Assembly: GCA_020891255.1 (NCBI GenBank)
Contig: BQFW01000004.1
Span: 1,054,001 to 1,118,000, forward strand
DNA: 64,000 bases
Origin: Entomortierella parvispora E1425
Lineage: Eukaryota > Fungi > Mortierellomycota
Direction: 5' to 3'
Shown: in pieces, positions 1 to 11,866 of the stretch
How the letters are laid out: each line of letters starts with the position of its first letter
Numbering within the stretch: position 1 is the first letter of the stretch
The notes under the pieces: generated by a model
Seen by the model: the letters and a program-made list of their open reading frames with translations, nothing else
Told to the model about the DNA's origin: nothing
The model's database searches: none
Position numbers and translations under genes: made by a program

Positions 1-655
1 TCAGCATGCATAATGACAGGGTCGATAACGGGCTTTTGACAGAGCATCTATCAACAAGTCTCACAGGTTTTGGAAGGGACACATTCGACACCGATGCCTG
101 GGACTGGAAGCGCGCCCTGAGATTTCCAAAGTCTGGCTGGCTCTTGTCGATCCCCTCACCCGAAGCAGGTTCCTCAACCTTACGGGCTTCGTCTTCTCGC
201 AACGGTGGCGCGGGAGAGGACAAAGAGCGTGGTCTGTTACTGTTGTTCAGGGACGGGACCCCCAACAAGGCGGAGGGACTAGCCTGCAACGACGTCCTCG
301 TTCCAGCACTATTGTTACTGAAGTTATTGTGGATACTGCCTGTGCTCGTTCCCCCGCCGATCCTCGATCCTATAGCATTGTTGCCAGTGAAAAGCGGTCC
401 TGCGTTCTGCTGTCGCTCAAATGCTCTCTTCAGGTCTCCAAAGGAGTTCGAAGTTGGTGCTCCGTTGTCGGTAACAGTAACACCCGATCGATAAGATGTG
501 GAAGAGACGCTGCTACCTGCAGAGGCCCCGCCAGTGGGCGTGGTTGCAGCTGCTGCAGAAAGACCAGAGGGTTTGGGCCGAATAGGCGGCGGTGCTCGCT
601 TCTCGGCGCCCCCGCTTTTACTCCTGGACAGATTCGCGGTGCCTGTGGGGTTCAT
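1..655 (-). CDS. 5' part of a gene running off the left edge; low-complexity S/G/P-rich N-terminus, product unknown
   Basis: Minus-strand ATG at 655 opens MNPTGTANLSRSKSGGAEKRAPPPIRPKP...FGDLKRAFERQQ...FGNLRARFQSQ with no stop until near the edge. Possible GTGAGA donor near 62. The + strand ORFs at 6-680 are its antisense shadows. Confidence 0.65.
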   Translation of the reverse strand, partial: MNPTGTANLSRSKSGGAEKRAPPPIRPKPSGLSAAAATTPTGGASAGSSVSSTSYRSGVTVTDNGAPTSNSFGDLKRAFERQQNAGPLFTGNNAIGSRIGGGTSTGSIHNNFSNNSAGTRTSLQASPSALLGVPSLNNSNRPRSLSSPAPPLREDEARKVEEPASGEGIDKSQPDFGNLRARFQSQASVSNVSLPKPVRLVDRCSVKSPLSTLSLCML

Positions 656-1134
656 GGCGACGGCGGCTTTGACGGGGTGAAGGAATGTCAACGAGTGTGG
701 ATGGAGGAAGACCTGCAATCGTCGGAAGAAGGAGGATGGAGTGGACGGATGGGAGAGAGACGACGCGTGCTGAATGGAAAGAGGAAGAGCAGAGGAGAGG
801 AAGGAGGTCGAAGGGCGAAGGCGAAAGAAACGAAGGAAGGGGTGTGGTGTGTGGGAGGTGGGAGACACGACACTGCGGCTGTTCGTTGTTGGCGAATTTT
901 CACTAATAATCTTGATTAGTTCATTCCGGTATTTATTTTTATTCGAGATCGGGTTTCTGTGGAGGCTAAATTGGCTTCTGCGCGCCGGACCATCTGTGTA
1001 CATGTACATGTAATGACGCAAGGTCTAGGTTCGGTTTATTGTAATAGAGAGGTGTGGGTGGGGGTAGGTGCAAGTGAAGATTCTCGCATATATCATAAAA
1101 ACAGGGACAGACAATTGAATAGTACAGCAGAGAT

Positions 1135-2509
<1,375 letters not shown>

Positions 2510-2633
2510 GATGTGATGATATAGAGTGGGGAGAGATGTGGCAGGGAATGATGATCGCCTCTGGTCGCATCTTGTGAAGGGATGCCGCCGGAGATCCTGC
2601 TGCTCCGAGGCGAGGCAGCTGATGCTTCGGTCA

Positions 2634-2707
2634 CAGAATTCGGATATGTGCAAGTGCTGTGTCAAAATGTCCGAATTCTGGAGGTTTGAATTAATCATCA
2701 CGTGATC
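2634..2707. promoter_or_regulatory. Inverted repeat plus CACGTG palindrome in the ~275 bp divergent promoter between NDUFS7 and the CCCH-PWI gene
   Basis: CAGAATTCGGATAT (2634-2647) and ATGTCCGAATTCTG (2667-2680) form a 14-bp stem with one G-T pair. ATCACGTGAT palindrome at about 2697-2706. Confidence 0.4.
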
Positions 2708-2784
2708 ATTTATTGAATTCGACAAAAGAACGCATGTGCATGCATGAATAAAACGGCATCAATCCACTGCGCCCAACAAATTGA

Positions 2785-4427
2785 ATGCCGGCCAAGGGGA
2801 AGACCCATGCCAAAGGGAAGGCAAGGCCAACTAATGAAGGGACGCCAGCAAAAGACAAAGGAGAGACACCCAACAAAGAGCATGCACCTGCACCCCTTGA
2901 TGCAGAGGGGAAGGAGATCTGCTTCTTGTTTCTGAAATATGGCAAATGCCGCTATGGAAAGAAGTGCAAAAAGAGCCATAATCCTCCGGATCCTAGTATG
3001 TATACCTTCACCGCGATGTTATGAACTACCACGCCATTCAGAGATCAAATATCTAACTCTGTTTTCCAAATAGGCGCTCACTTGCAGAAGATGATATCCG
3101 TTGTGCCTGAGCCACCAGAGTCGGCGAAAGTGGGACCAAAGTTGACCTTCACTATTTCCAGGACCCCATATTCTAGACAGGAACAACAACAACCCGCCCC
3201 ACCATCAACAGCATCGGGAGCGGGCTGGATTGAGTCACCAGGAAGACTTGTCTCGGGATTGCGACCTAAACCAATGAGAAAATCCCAAAAGAGAGAAACG
3301 AGTAGCATGCCAGCTCCTTCATATTCGACAACTATTTCAAAAGAAAACACAGAACGAAAGGAAGCGGAAACCCATATATCTACTGACTACATCATGGAGG
3401 ATGCCACTGAGAGCACGATACCCGACATCACAACACATGTCCCCGAAGCTACCCGTGTTCAACCTGTCGTTGCAATGACGCCAGCTGGACTAAAAAGGAC
3501 AGCCAAGGCACCCTCAAAGCAGCTTCTATCGGCTTTGTTCAGGACCTTCATACTGCCAGAGCAACTGAAACAGTACAGAAAACAGAAATCATCCGCCATG
3601 GATCCTAGACCAGCGAAAAATGGACACTCCAAGGTGAGCGACAAATCAAACTCTCGATCCTCAAAACATCAACGACCCCCGCACAAAATGGCACCAAAAA
3701 CTGCTTTACCGCCCTTATCCTCGTTCGAGAGCAACAGCGCTTCGATTAGCGGCGAAAAGATTGAGCAGTGGTACATCACAAACAAGGCGCAGCTGGATCA
3801 TGTTTCCAAGCGGCTCATGATCTTGAAAAAACCTACGACTCCCCGGCAAAAATTCCAATTAAAGACGATGAGAAAACACCACTGGGAATGCAAAACAGAA
3901 GTGGAACAGCTTCTGGACAGGAATCGGCCCACCTCATTTGCTCTCAGAGTTGCAAGGGATCGCATCGATTGGGACAAATTTGGACCTTATGTTGCTTTGA
4001 TGCTTCAAGCTGTAAGTTGATATATCCAGATTCGCGTGTATTGACAGTTAGTTCCGACGTATCACTTCGACGTTCTTACTAACTTATCGATATTGTATTT
4101 TTGTACTTATCATAGGCTTTTGATAAGGACTTGGGCGACCCACATTTGCCCATCATTGCGGCTACTCTATGTGGGCAATTGCAACATAAAAACATCTCGG
4201 GACAAGAATGTGAAAATCTGTTGATATCTTGGGGGTTGACCAATATCAACGCTCGGCGTTTCAGCAGTCATCTCTGGGAAATGATGGTGAGCGCCGCAGG
4301 AGATTCAAATCTGCGCAACGAAGACAATTTTCGAGGTGTTGGATACCAGATCCGTCAAATACAGACAAAAAAAGAGTACCAAGACTTACAAGAGAGAATG
4401 TCAGTCTTTAATAAACCGGCGGAGTGA
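2785..4427 (+). CDS. CCCH zinc-finger protein with divergent C-terminal PWI-like domain
   Basis: Exons 2785-2995, 3074-4011, 4116-4427 join in frame via GT-AG introns. C-x8-C-x5-C-x3-H (CFLFLKYGKCRYGKKCKKSH). C-terminus IDWDKFGPYVALMLQ...QLQHKN...NARRFSSHLWEMMVSA resembles the PWI fold pattern. Confidence 0.75.
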
Positions 4428-4494
4428 GTTAATCGTTGTCGTCTGTTTAACGCCTACTAAAATCGCGGCTTGAAGATGTTGCATCCTCCACATT

Positions 4495-5367
4495 TCATTT
4501 CGCAATGGTCGACTTCCAGTTCTTGGCACGTTCAAACCCATTCTTCTTGGATTGAAAGTCGTCAAAAGTGGTGTAGATTTCGTCTTCAGAATTCATGACA
4601 AAAGGTCCATGTTGCACAATGGGTTCCTTCAACGGCTGACCTGCAATCAAGACAAAGTGAGCATCTTGGTCCTTCGTAGAAATCTGGACCGTTTCTGCCC
4701 CATCCTCAGAAAGAACCAGAGTGTGATGAGCCTTGCCCTCAAAGGCCCTTTCGCCCACATAAATGGTGCCCGTAAGAGTGTAGATAAAACCTGTGTAAGA
4801 GGCAGGAATGGACTGGACCACGGTCTTGTTCTTTGCCATCTTGATATCCAGATACATTGTTGGAGTTCGAGTGTAAACTTGACTGGAAACACCATGGGAC
4901 TCGCCTGCAATAACCTTGATCTCGATGCCGTCTTCCGGTCGAGCTCTCTTGATTTCTTGATCGCGCAGCTCCTGGTACTGGGGATCACACATCTTATGCT
5001 CCTTGGGCAAGTTGACCCAGAGCTGGAGACCGTGGGCTCGCGTATTGGTTTTGACAGGCATCTCTGAATGGACAATGCCACGACCGGCCGTCATCCATTG
5101 CAAGTCACCTGGGCCAATGGTGCCCTTGTGGCCAGCAAAGTCCTCGTGTTGGAACTGACCCTCGAGCATGTAGGTCACTGTCTCGAAACCACGGTGAGGA
5201 TGGTCGGGAAAACCGCCTTGGCTGTCCACGTCAAATTCGTCCAGCATCAAAAATGGGTCGTGGTTCTTGAGTTCTGGCCGCCCGATCGAGCGGCGGACTA
5301 GGGCGCCGACTCCCTCACCCTGTTCTCTGGAGAGTACAGCCTGAGTAATAGATCTTGAGGAGGGCAT
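4495..5367 (-). CDS. Pirin (bicupin, iron-binding)
   Basis: Intronless ORF from MPSSRSITQAVLSREQGEGVGA. Contains DHPHRGFETVTY, GDLQWMTAGRGIVHSEMP, LQLWVNLP and GPFVMN pirin motifs. Confidence 0.95.
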   Translation of the reverse strand: MPSSRSITQAVLSREQGEGVGALVRRSIGRPELKNHDPFLMLDEFDVDSQGGFPDHPHRGFETVTYMLEGQFQHEDFAGHKGTIGPGDLQWMTAGRGIVHSEMPVKTNTRAHGLQLWVNLPKEHKMCDPQYQELRDQEIKRARPEDGIEIKVIAGESHGVSSQVYTRTPTMYLDIKMAKNKTVVQSIPASYTGFIYTLTGTIYVGERAFEGKAHHTLVLSEDGAETVQISTKDQDAHFVLIAGQPLKEPIVQHGPFVMNSEDEIYTTFDDFQSKKNGFERAKNWKSTIAK

Positions 5368-8130
5368 TCTTTGAAGGTATGGTATTGTTTTATGATGAAA
5401 GGAGAGACAATGTTCAACGGGCAAAGAAAATTTTCTCATGAACGAGGTGCCACAAGCCGCTGTGGCAGTTGCATCCCCTTAAACTGCTGTAGTAGTAAAA
5501 AATTCTTCAGTTTCTGCCTCTGTGGGTACTAACTTTCAAAAGTTCAACATCTCGGATGAACGCTATGGCCACCAAAGATATCACCGGCTTGTAACGTGCT
5601 CGGACTTGGATGATGGCACTAGGAAAGATCGCACGAAGGAGTTTGAGCATGTTAAATGATAAGATAGGACTTCCTTATCAGCTTTCTTCACTGGACACCG
5701 GATTGAGGAAAGACCCTGTCCATATACTCATATTCTAGAACCCTTAGTTGAGTTTTTTTGTATGGATATTCAAGCGGAAGGATGCTACATCGTGCGTCGT
5801 TTTGCGATCTGTCACATACCAACCGATCATGAGAATATGGTCGCCATCCTGTCAATAGCCGTTCTCCTTTTCCAGCGAGAATTAAGTTACACAAAACGAA
5901 AGAAGAGCGGATCAGGTTGTCTTGGCCTCAAAGAAAGGAGGCAGGCTAATGATGACAGCATTTCAACAGATGACAGCAAAGGTGACCTCAACACTTGCTG
6001 CTATCCGCCACGTTCGGGTGCGTCAAAGTCAAGCCCCGAAAGTTCCATTCTCCTGGCTTAGGCCGTCGTTCAGCAAGCCAACAAGATGCTTGCCTGTGAT
6101 GATGTAATGTACATAGTTTGTAATCCTGCTACCTTTGACGCACACCGTAGGGTGGCCAATCCCACACGTCCTCTCCTCTCTCCTGTGCATTTTACAAACG
6201 TATTTCGCAGAACTGGCAGTGGCAAAAAAGCATTCAGGTGAAATGAACGTAAAAGTTTATGATACATGTCCATGTACAATAATATCTCTATTTCTCTTTT
6301 CTCTTTTCTCTTTTCTCTTCACAGCATTTTTGTAATTGAAGTCGAGGGAATATAATTCAAACTCAAAAATCGCGGTGGAGAATGAACACAGGTTCTGCTC
6401 ATCGATGTGTGATTGGCTGTTTTGGAGGAGACGCGTGAAGGACGCAAAGAAAAAACTGAAGCAGAGTTCAGCGCGTGCGGCTGGTGCGTGTCAGACTCTG
6501 CGAGAGAACGTGTCAAACAGCGTGACAGTGGCGAGGGGGTAAAGACCGGATCGTCCATGGCCCGAACAGGCTTTGCGGAAGCGATATTTTGTGATGGCCA
6601 AGGACTCCGCCGATTGTTTTTTTTTATGAATGGTGAGGGCTCATATATTTTGAGTCTTTTCCTGTGGTCAAACACTCATCTCAAATTTCTCTTCATACAC
6701 ACACAGCTGATAGAGTTAATGCTGTTTGTAGTCGAAACAATGAAACAATGACTTTGCTTCGCATGCATGAGGTCTTTTTTTATTTGCTTCGCAATAGACC
6801 ACCACTAAAGAGCAACCTGCTGACTGTCCTGGGTTGGGCGAATGCATCTTCTGCAATGGCGGCAAACTAGAAGATGCGACAAGTCATATGAATAAAATAA
6901 CACACAAGCACGCAGCAACAACAACAATAATAACAACAAAAAAAATCGATTCTCATTCCTCCATCTTGAAAAGAGACCTGAGGCAACCAACACATCTGCT
7001 GTTTCAACTTCTAAGGTATACCAATGTTCAGTCTCCTGGCTCATGTCTGAGATCTATCCAAATCTTTCTTGTCTGATCCTCCATCCTCGATTCTATTATC
7101 AAACCAGAAGGAGCAAAAGGGGCTAGCTGGCGTAGCGGAACGTAGAGTGGGCAGGGGTGGGGTGATGGATTGAATGTCTGCCTGCCAGGAAGCTCATCTC
7201 CATTCTTAGATGCAACATGTCTCTTACCTTTTGCACCTGCATTGCTAATCTTCGTTCTTCTCTCTTCTTTTTTTGTTTTTCCCGCGACACAATCTTCCAA
7301 TTCAACTCAACAAAAGCAGTAAAGTGATCGTGTTTGATCTGCTGAATGAAGAGAGCAAAGGTCAGAGGATGCAACATTACAACAGCAGCCATCAGACTAA
7401 CTCTGGTGAGCATATTTGTCGCAGAGAGGCTCTTGTTCATTCCGCCGTTCCTTGAACGCTTGAGCATGCCCGTCGTTCGCGCCAAAAAAAAAAAAAAATA
7501 CACACACAGACACGTACACGCAAAATGTCAACAAACAATAGCCATCCACATCCTCTATCCCCCTGTTACCATAGTATGAACCATTGTTTGCTGTGGAGTG
7601 TAAGGGGGTTGACCACAGCTATCAGACTTCTTTCTCTCACCCACACACAGTTTGTTCAAGGCTATTTGCCAGTTGCCAGTTGCCTTATGACCATCTGAAT
7701 CCCATGAGCACCAAAGAGCGATGAGCACTGAGATGGCCACTGAAAAAAAAAACCCCCCAGGGATCAAGCAGACGCTACATCTTTTTTCGATAGAGAACAT
7801 CTTTTCTGGTGGCAATATGGGCCCACCCATCAGTCGCCTCCATCTCTCAATGCTTTATTTATCAAAAGAGTTTGCCGTATGTTTTTATGTTCATGGACCG
7901 CCATGCAAACCACACTCGCAGCCCAACTCTCTGGGATTAGGATAAAAGTGTACCTCTCTTGTTCAGTCCATGTCAAGGGTGAGCCCTATTCCAACAATTG
8001 GGATCAAATGGATGGGTTGCCTCGTAGAAGTCCAAACCGCGGGAGATGGCGTCCATTACTGCCGGGAGAGACGGAGGTACTTAGCTATCTAAAATGAAGT
8101 CTTACGAGCCTTGTCCGAATGCTGCACTCG

Positions 8131-8161
8131 TACACACATACACATACACATACACATACAC
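8131..8161. repeat. (CACATA)n microsatellite
   Basis: tacacacatacacatacacatacacatacac seen directly. Confidence 0.85.
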
Positions 8162-9007
8162 AAACGCAAATACGGACATGTAGCTTGGATTTGAAAAAAA
8201 GAACAACACCCTGAGATGGTTTGATGTACCAGAGTTGATAGCTGCTTGATGTTGAAACTGCAAACGCGGTTTGATCTCATGATGCATAGAGGGCGGGAGG
8301 GAATGAACAATGTCAATCTTTACATCGTCACTGTCACCAATCGAACGAAAATAACAAAACAACGGTCAGAAGTCTCTGATTTTGTTTGTGATTGCACCAA
8401 TGGTCGACATGGTCTGGCGTATGTCCATGGCGGTCGTTTGGTTGACAAAGCAATTCAAAAGCTTGTAACAAAAAAAAAAGGAACCTGCGCCCAGGTCATC
8501 ACTCAAAACGCGAACCTGTTCTCCTGCCTGGGGTCGCAAAGTTCATTCATTGAACTGTACCTTCTATGCTCCTCGTTGCCTTCATTTCCCCTGAAGAAAG
8601 AGAAAAAGAACAAGGTCCGACTCTCAAAAAAAAAAAGGAAACTAGAGGCGAGAGACAAGAGACAATAGAAAAGTGTGCTCACTGCAGACAAATTATTCTT
8701 AATGCTGCTGTGAATAGAACAATGGAGGAAACCATTGGCGACATGGTCGGTAGGAGTGCAGAGGATGACCGCCATGGTCCCCTGACTCGATATATTGGTG
8801 TGTGGATGGTGGTGGTGACACCATGGATATGCAATTGCTCGCACCAGCACCGGGCGCCGCACGCACACGCACAAGGCAGCATGATCGAGACCACCAGACC
8901 GACCATCGGCCGTTCCTGACCATGGCCGCTTTTCCTTTCTTCCTCTTTTTTTATGTTTCGTTTTCCTTTGTTGACTTTTGCCTCCCCCCTCGTCCCTCCC
9001 CAAATCA

Positions 9008-9056
9008 CATCCATCCATCCATCCATCCATCCATCCATCCATCCATCCACCCATCC
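9008..9056. repeat. (CATC)n microsatellite, about 10 units
   Basis: catccatccatcc... run seen directly. Explains the MDGW/IHPS spurious ORFs. Confidence 0.95.
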
Positions 9057-9672
9057 CTCCCTCCCTCTAGCTCTTCTATTTCTATTCCCCTCCATCCTCC
9101 CTTCACACATCCCTTCCTTCCAACGAATCATCCTCCAATCTTACTTACCCGGCCCCTTGTCGACCACCATTCACTGCATTCGCTTTCCTTTGCACCAATC
9201 GCTCCCCATCCATCACCCTCAGTGCATTCCATTTCATACTCTTCATTACCTCCTCCATTCGTCTACGCCGATCACACCCTTTGTCCTGCAAAGAAACCCC
9301 GCCTGTACACGACCACGCCCTGAGACTTTGAAGGTTAACGCGCCTGTAAGTCACGTCCCGGATATTATGTCCAAGATATATATATTTGTTCTTTTCACTC
9401 TCCCCTTCGCCAACACACCAACCCGCCCGAGGCAACACAAATGAACACACCCAGGAGACAATGCGCCTGCAGGGGGCCTGTTGTACTTGCAGGCGTGGTG
9501 CAAACTGAAAAGAGGCTGGCCAAAGGCTATGCGATATCAATGTGGCTCGTCATGGCCACCGCACTGTTAGTGCAGCTCAAGCATGCAGGCTGTGAAGGGT
9601 CTGCACTCGATGCGGCTGTCTGTCCCCAGGCGACTCCTTTCTCCAAGGGGGTGTAAGGATGACTGGCTGACC

Positions 9673-9694
9673 GACTGACTGACTGACTGACTGA
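9673..9694. repeat. (GACT)n microsatellite
   Basis: gactgactgactgactgactga seen directly. Confidence 0.9.
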
Positions 9695-10169
9695 AGGGTT
9701 GGTTGGCTCAATCTGCTTCTTCGGTTGACCACCGTCAAGCGGGAGTGGGTGAGGAAGGGGTCGCGGGGGGAGAGGAGACAGGCAAACACGAAGACGAAGA
9801 AGGGGGCAGGCAATCTCCTCCCATCGCACCAGTCGATCAAAGACAGCGCACGATAGGAGAGAGTCGCACGAGCGACAGAAATGGCTTCTTCGGATCGACC
9901 CACGAAGACCACAGAAACCACAGACTTTGCTTGGACCATGCACCATGCATCATTGGACGCACAAAAGAGGGTATCCGTCCCGTAGACAGCCAAAGGGGTG
10001 TTGACAGTCGGCAGTCTCGTCCCCCTTTGCATATTCGACATTCTGTCCTCGTCTTTCTCTTGCTTCTTCTGTTCTGTCCCTCTTTCTGTCTTTCTGTCCA
10101 TCATCACTATTCTCCTTCCTCTGCACCGCACCGCACCGCACCCATCCTCAATCCTCACTACCTTTCATC

Positions 10170-11257
10170 ATGTCCAACTCTAAAACTAATCCTGCCTACT
10201 TCTCTTCCTTGGATCGTGAAACAGGCCCTCATCATCAGCGCCAGCACATACCACCGCGCCGACCCTATCCTCACGAGACCTACCTACACGAAGGCCAGAT
10301 CCACCACCAACCATCGCGGCGGGAACAACCTCAGGATCGGAGCATCCCACGTCAACAGGCACAACACCCAATCTCATTTCCACAGCACAATTATCATCGC
10401 CACCATTCTTCACTCCATCAGAACGGTGGGCCATCTTTAGAGCAGCAGATAGGCTATTACCCCTCCCAGCAGCCACCCAGCCAACGGCATTCTCAGGAGT
10501 ACCTACACCGCCATCTTAGCCCTCGATCACTGTTCATGAATCCAGACCCATATCTGGAAACGCCACATCTTCGGAATCCTTCGGGCGGAACGCTGTCCTC
10601 TGTAGAATACGACCCCGCAGAGGAGTACTCCATCTCCTCTATGGAAAACGACACTGCTGCCGGATACAAGAACAATTTGTCCGGGACATATGCACAGGAT
10701 TCAAGGTCGTTCGATCAAAGGTCACAAAAGCCCATATTTCAGTCTCGCCTCAGCCAACCTCAGCCGTATACCAACGGGGCTCAAACCCTCTCTACCTTTG
10801 CAACACCTCAGAGTTCGCCTCAGTCGGCCAGGAGTAATCAGCATTCCAACGGCCATGGGACGGGATCGTATCAATCAAGTAGTGGCAGTGAGGACGACCG
10901 GGATCATGAAAACCACGAGCCAGCACTGCCGGGTGAATTATCCAGGACAACATACCGCGTGCGACGGGACTCTGGACTACCACCGATCAAAATGAGCGCC
11001 GCAAAGAGATTGCCTCCCTTTAGCGCCAGTCTCTCTTCTATCCCAGCAGAGGCAGTACTGGAAGAAGAGGAAGAAGAGGACGAGGAGGAAGGTCACCATA
11101 TCAATGGCCATGAGCCTCTTCTGGATCACGAGGACGACGTTGAGGGCGTATCTCTCAATGACGATGAAGAGGTTGTACAAGTTCTCGATCGGGACATGGA
11201 CGTCCGCCAGGCGAGGAATCTACCAAAGGTCAAAGAGAACGGTGGACCAAAACAAAG
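10170..11257 (+). CDS. Disordered H/Q/S/E-rich coding exon; either its own gene or the first exon of the downstream CEP162-like gene
   Basis: Over 360 open codons from ATG 10170 ending at AG|GTATGT (11258). A phase-compatible acceptor (CATAG|C, 11866) with upstream ACTGAC and pyrimidine tract would join it in frame to the 11867-15578 ORF. Confidence 0.6.
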
Positions 11258-11866
11258 GTATGTACCAATGGCGTTTTGTGTCGTGTTGTGCAAGATAAAC
11301 AACATGCAGATGGAACCCCAATGCAAGATGGAACCACAATGCAGCAGGAAATAACAGGCACAACAGGGGTAGCAGGGGCAGCCATCAAAAAAAGATCCGT
11401 TCACGCCATTGGTGCCCATGATCAGGACCTTGGGTGCAGCATCGACCCATCCATTGCGCATTCCCAGCTGACGCGGCATGATATATCGCCCAGGGCAATT
11501 GGATCACGGAAAGCAAGGCGGGCGGGTGCATTTATGGTATAATTGTTTTTTTACCATCCTTTCCAGCACATTTTCCATATCCGCTGTTGACACCATGACG
11601 CTTGTCTATTCAGTGTGGAAAGAGCCCTACAGAATCTCGAATCTCACTCATCGCTCAGTCGCCTATGACCTTACAACTCATGTCAGGCTCTTTCGGCAGC
11701 TGCTCATGGGACCATGGGACGCCTGTGATGTTTACAACTTACCGTCGGTCGATCCCTAAAATTTTACCGCGCTGCAAAAAAAAAAAAAAAGTATAACCGT
11801 GTGCCACCACCGACTGACCATGGTTGTTTGTATCTCCTTTATTTTTGTGCTCCCCGTATCACATAG

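Noticed and set aside
2547-2622. C box (ATGATGA) and D box (CTGA) spaced like a C/D snoRNA
   Set aside because: No terminal stem and no recognisable rRNA antisense element; lies in a promoter/5' UTR.
8503-9540. Cluster of 130-180 aa ORFs on both strands
   Set aside because: Driven by (CATC)n and purine/pyrimidine-rich low-complexity DNA; no coding signature.
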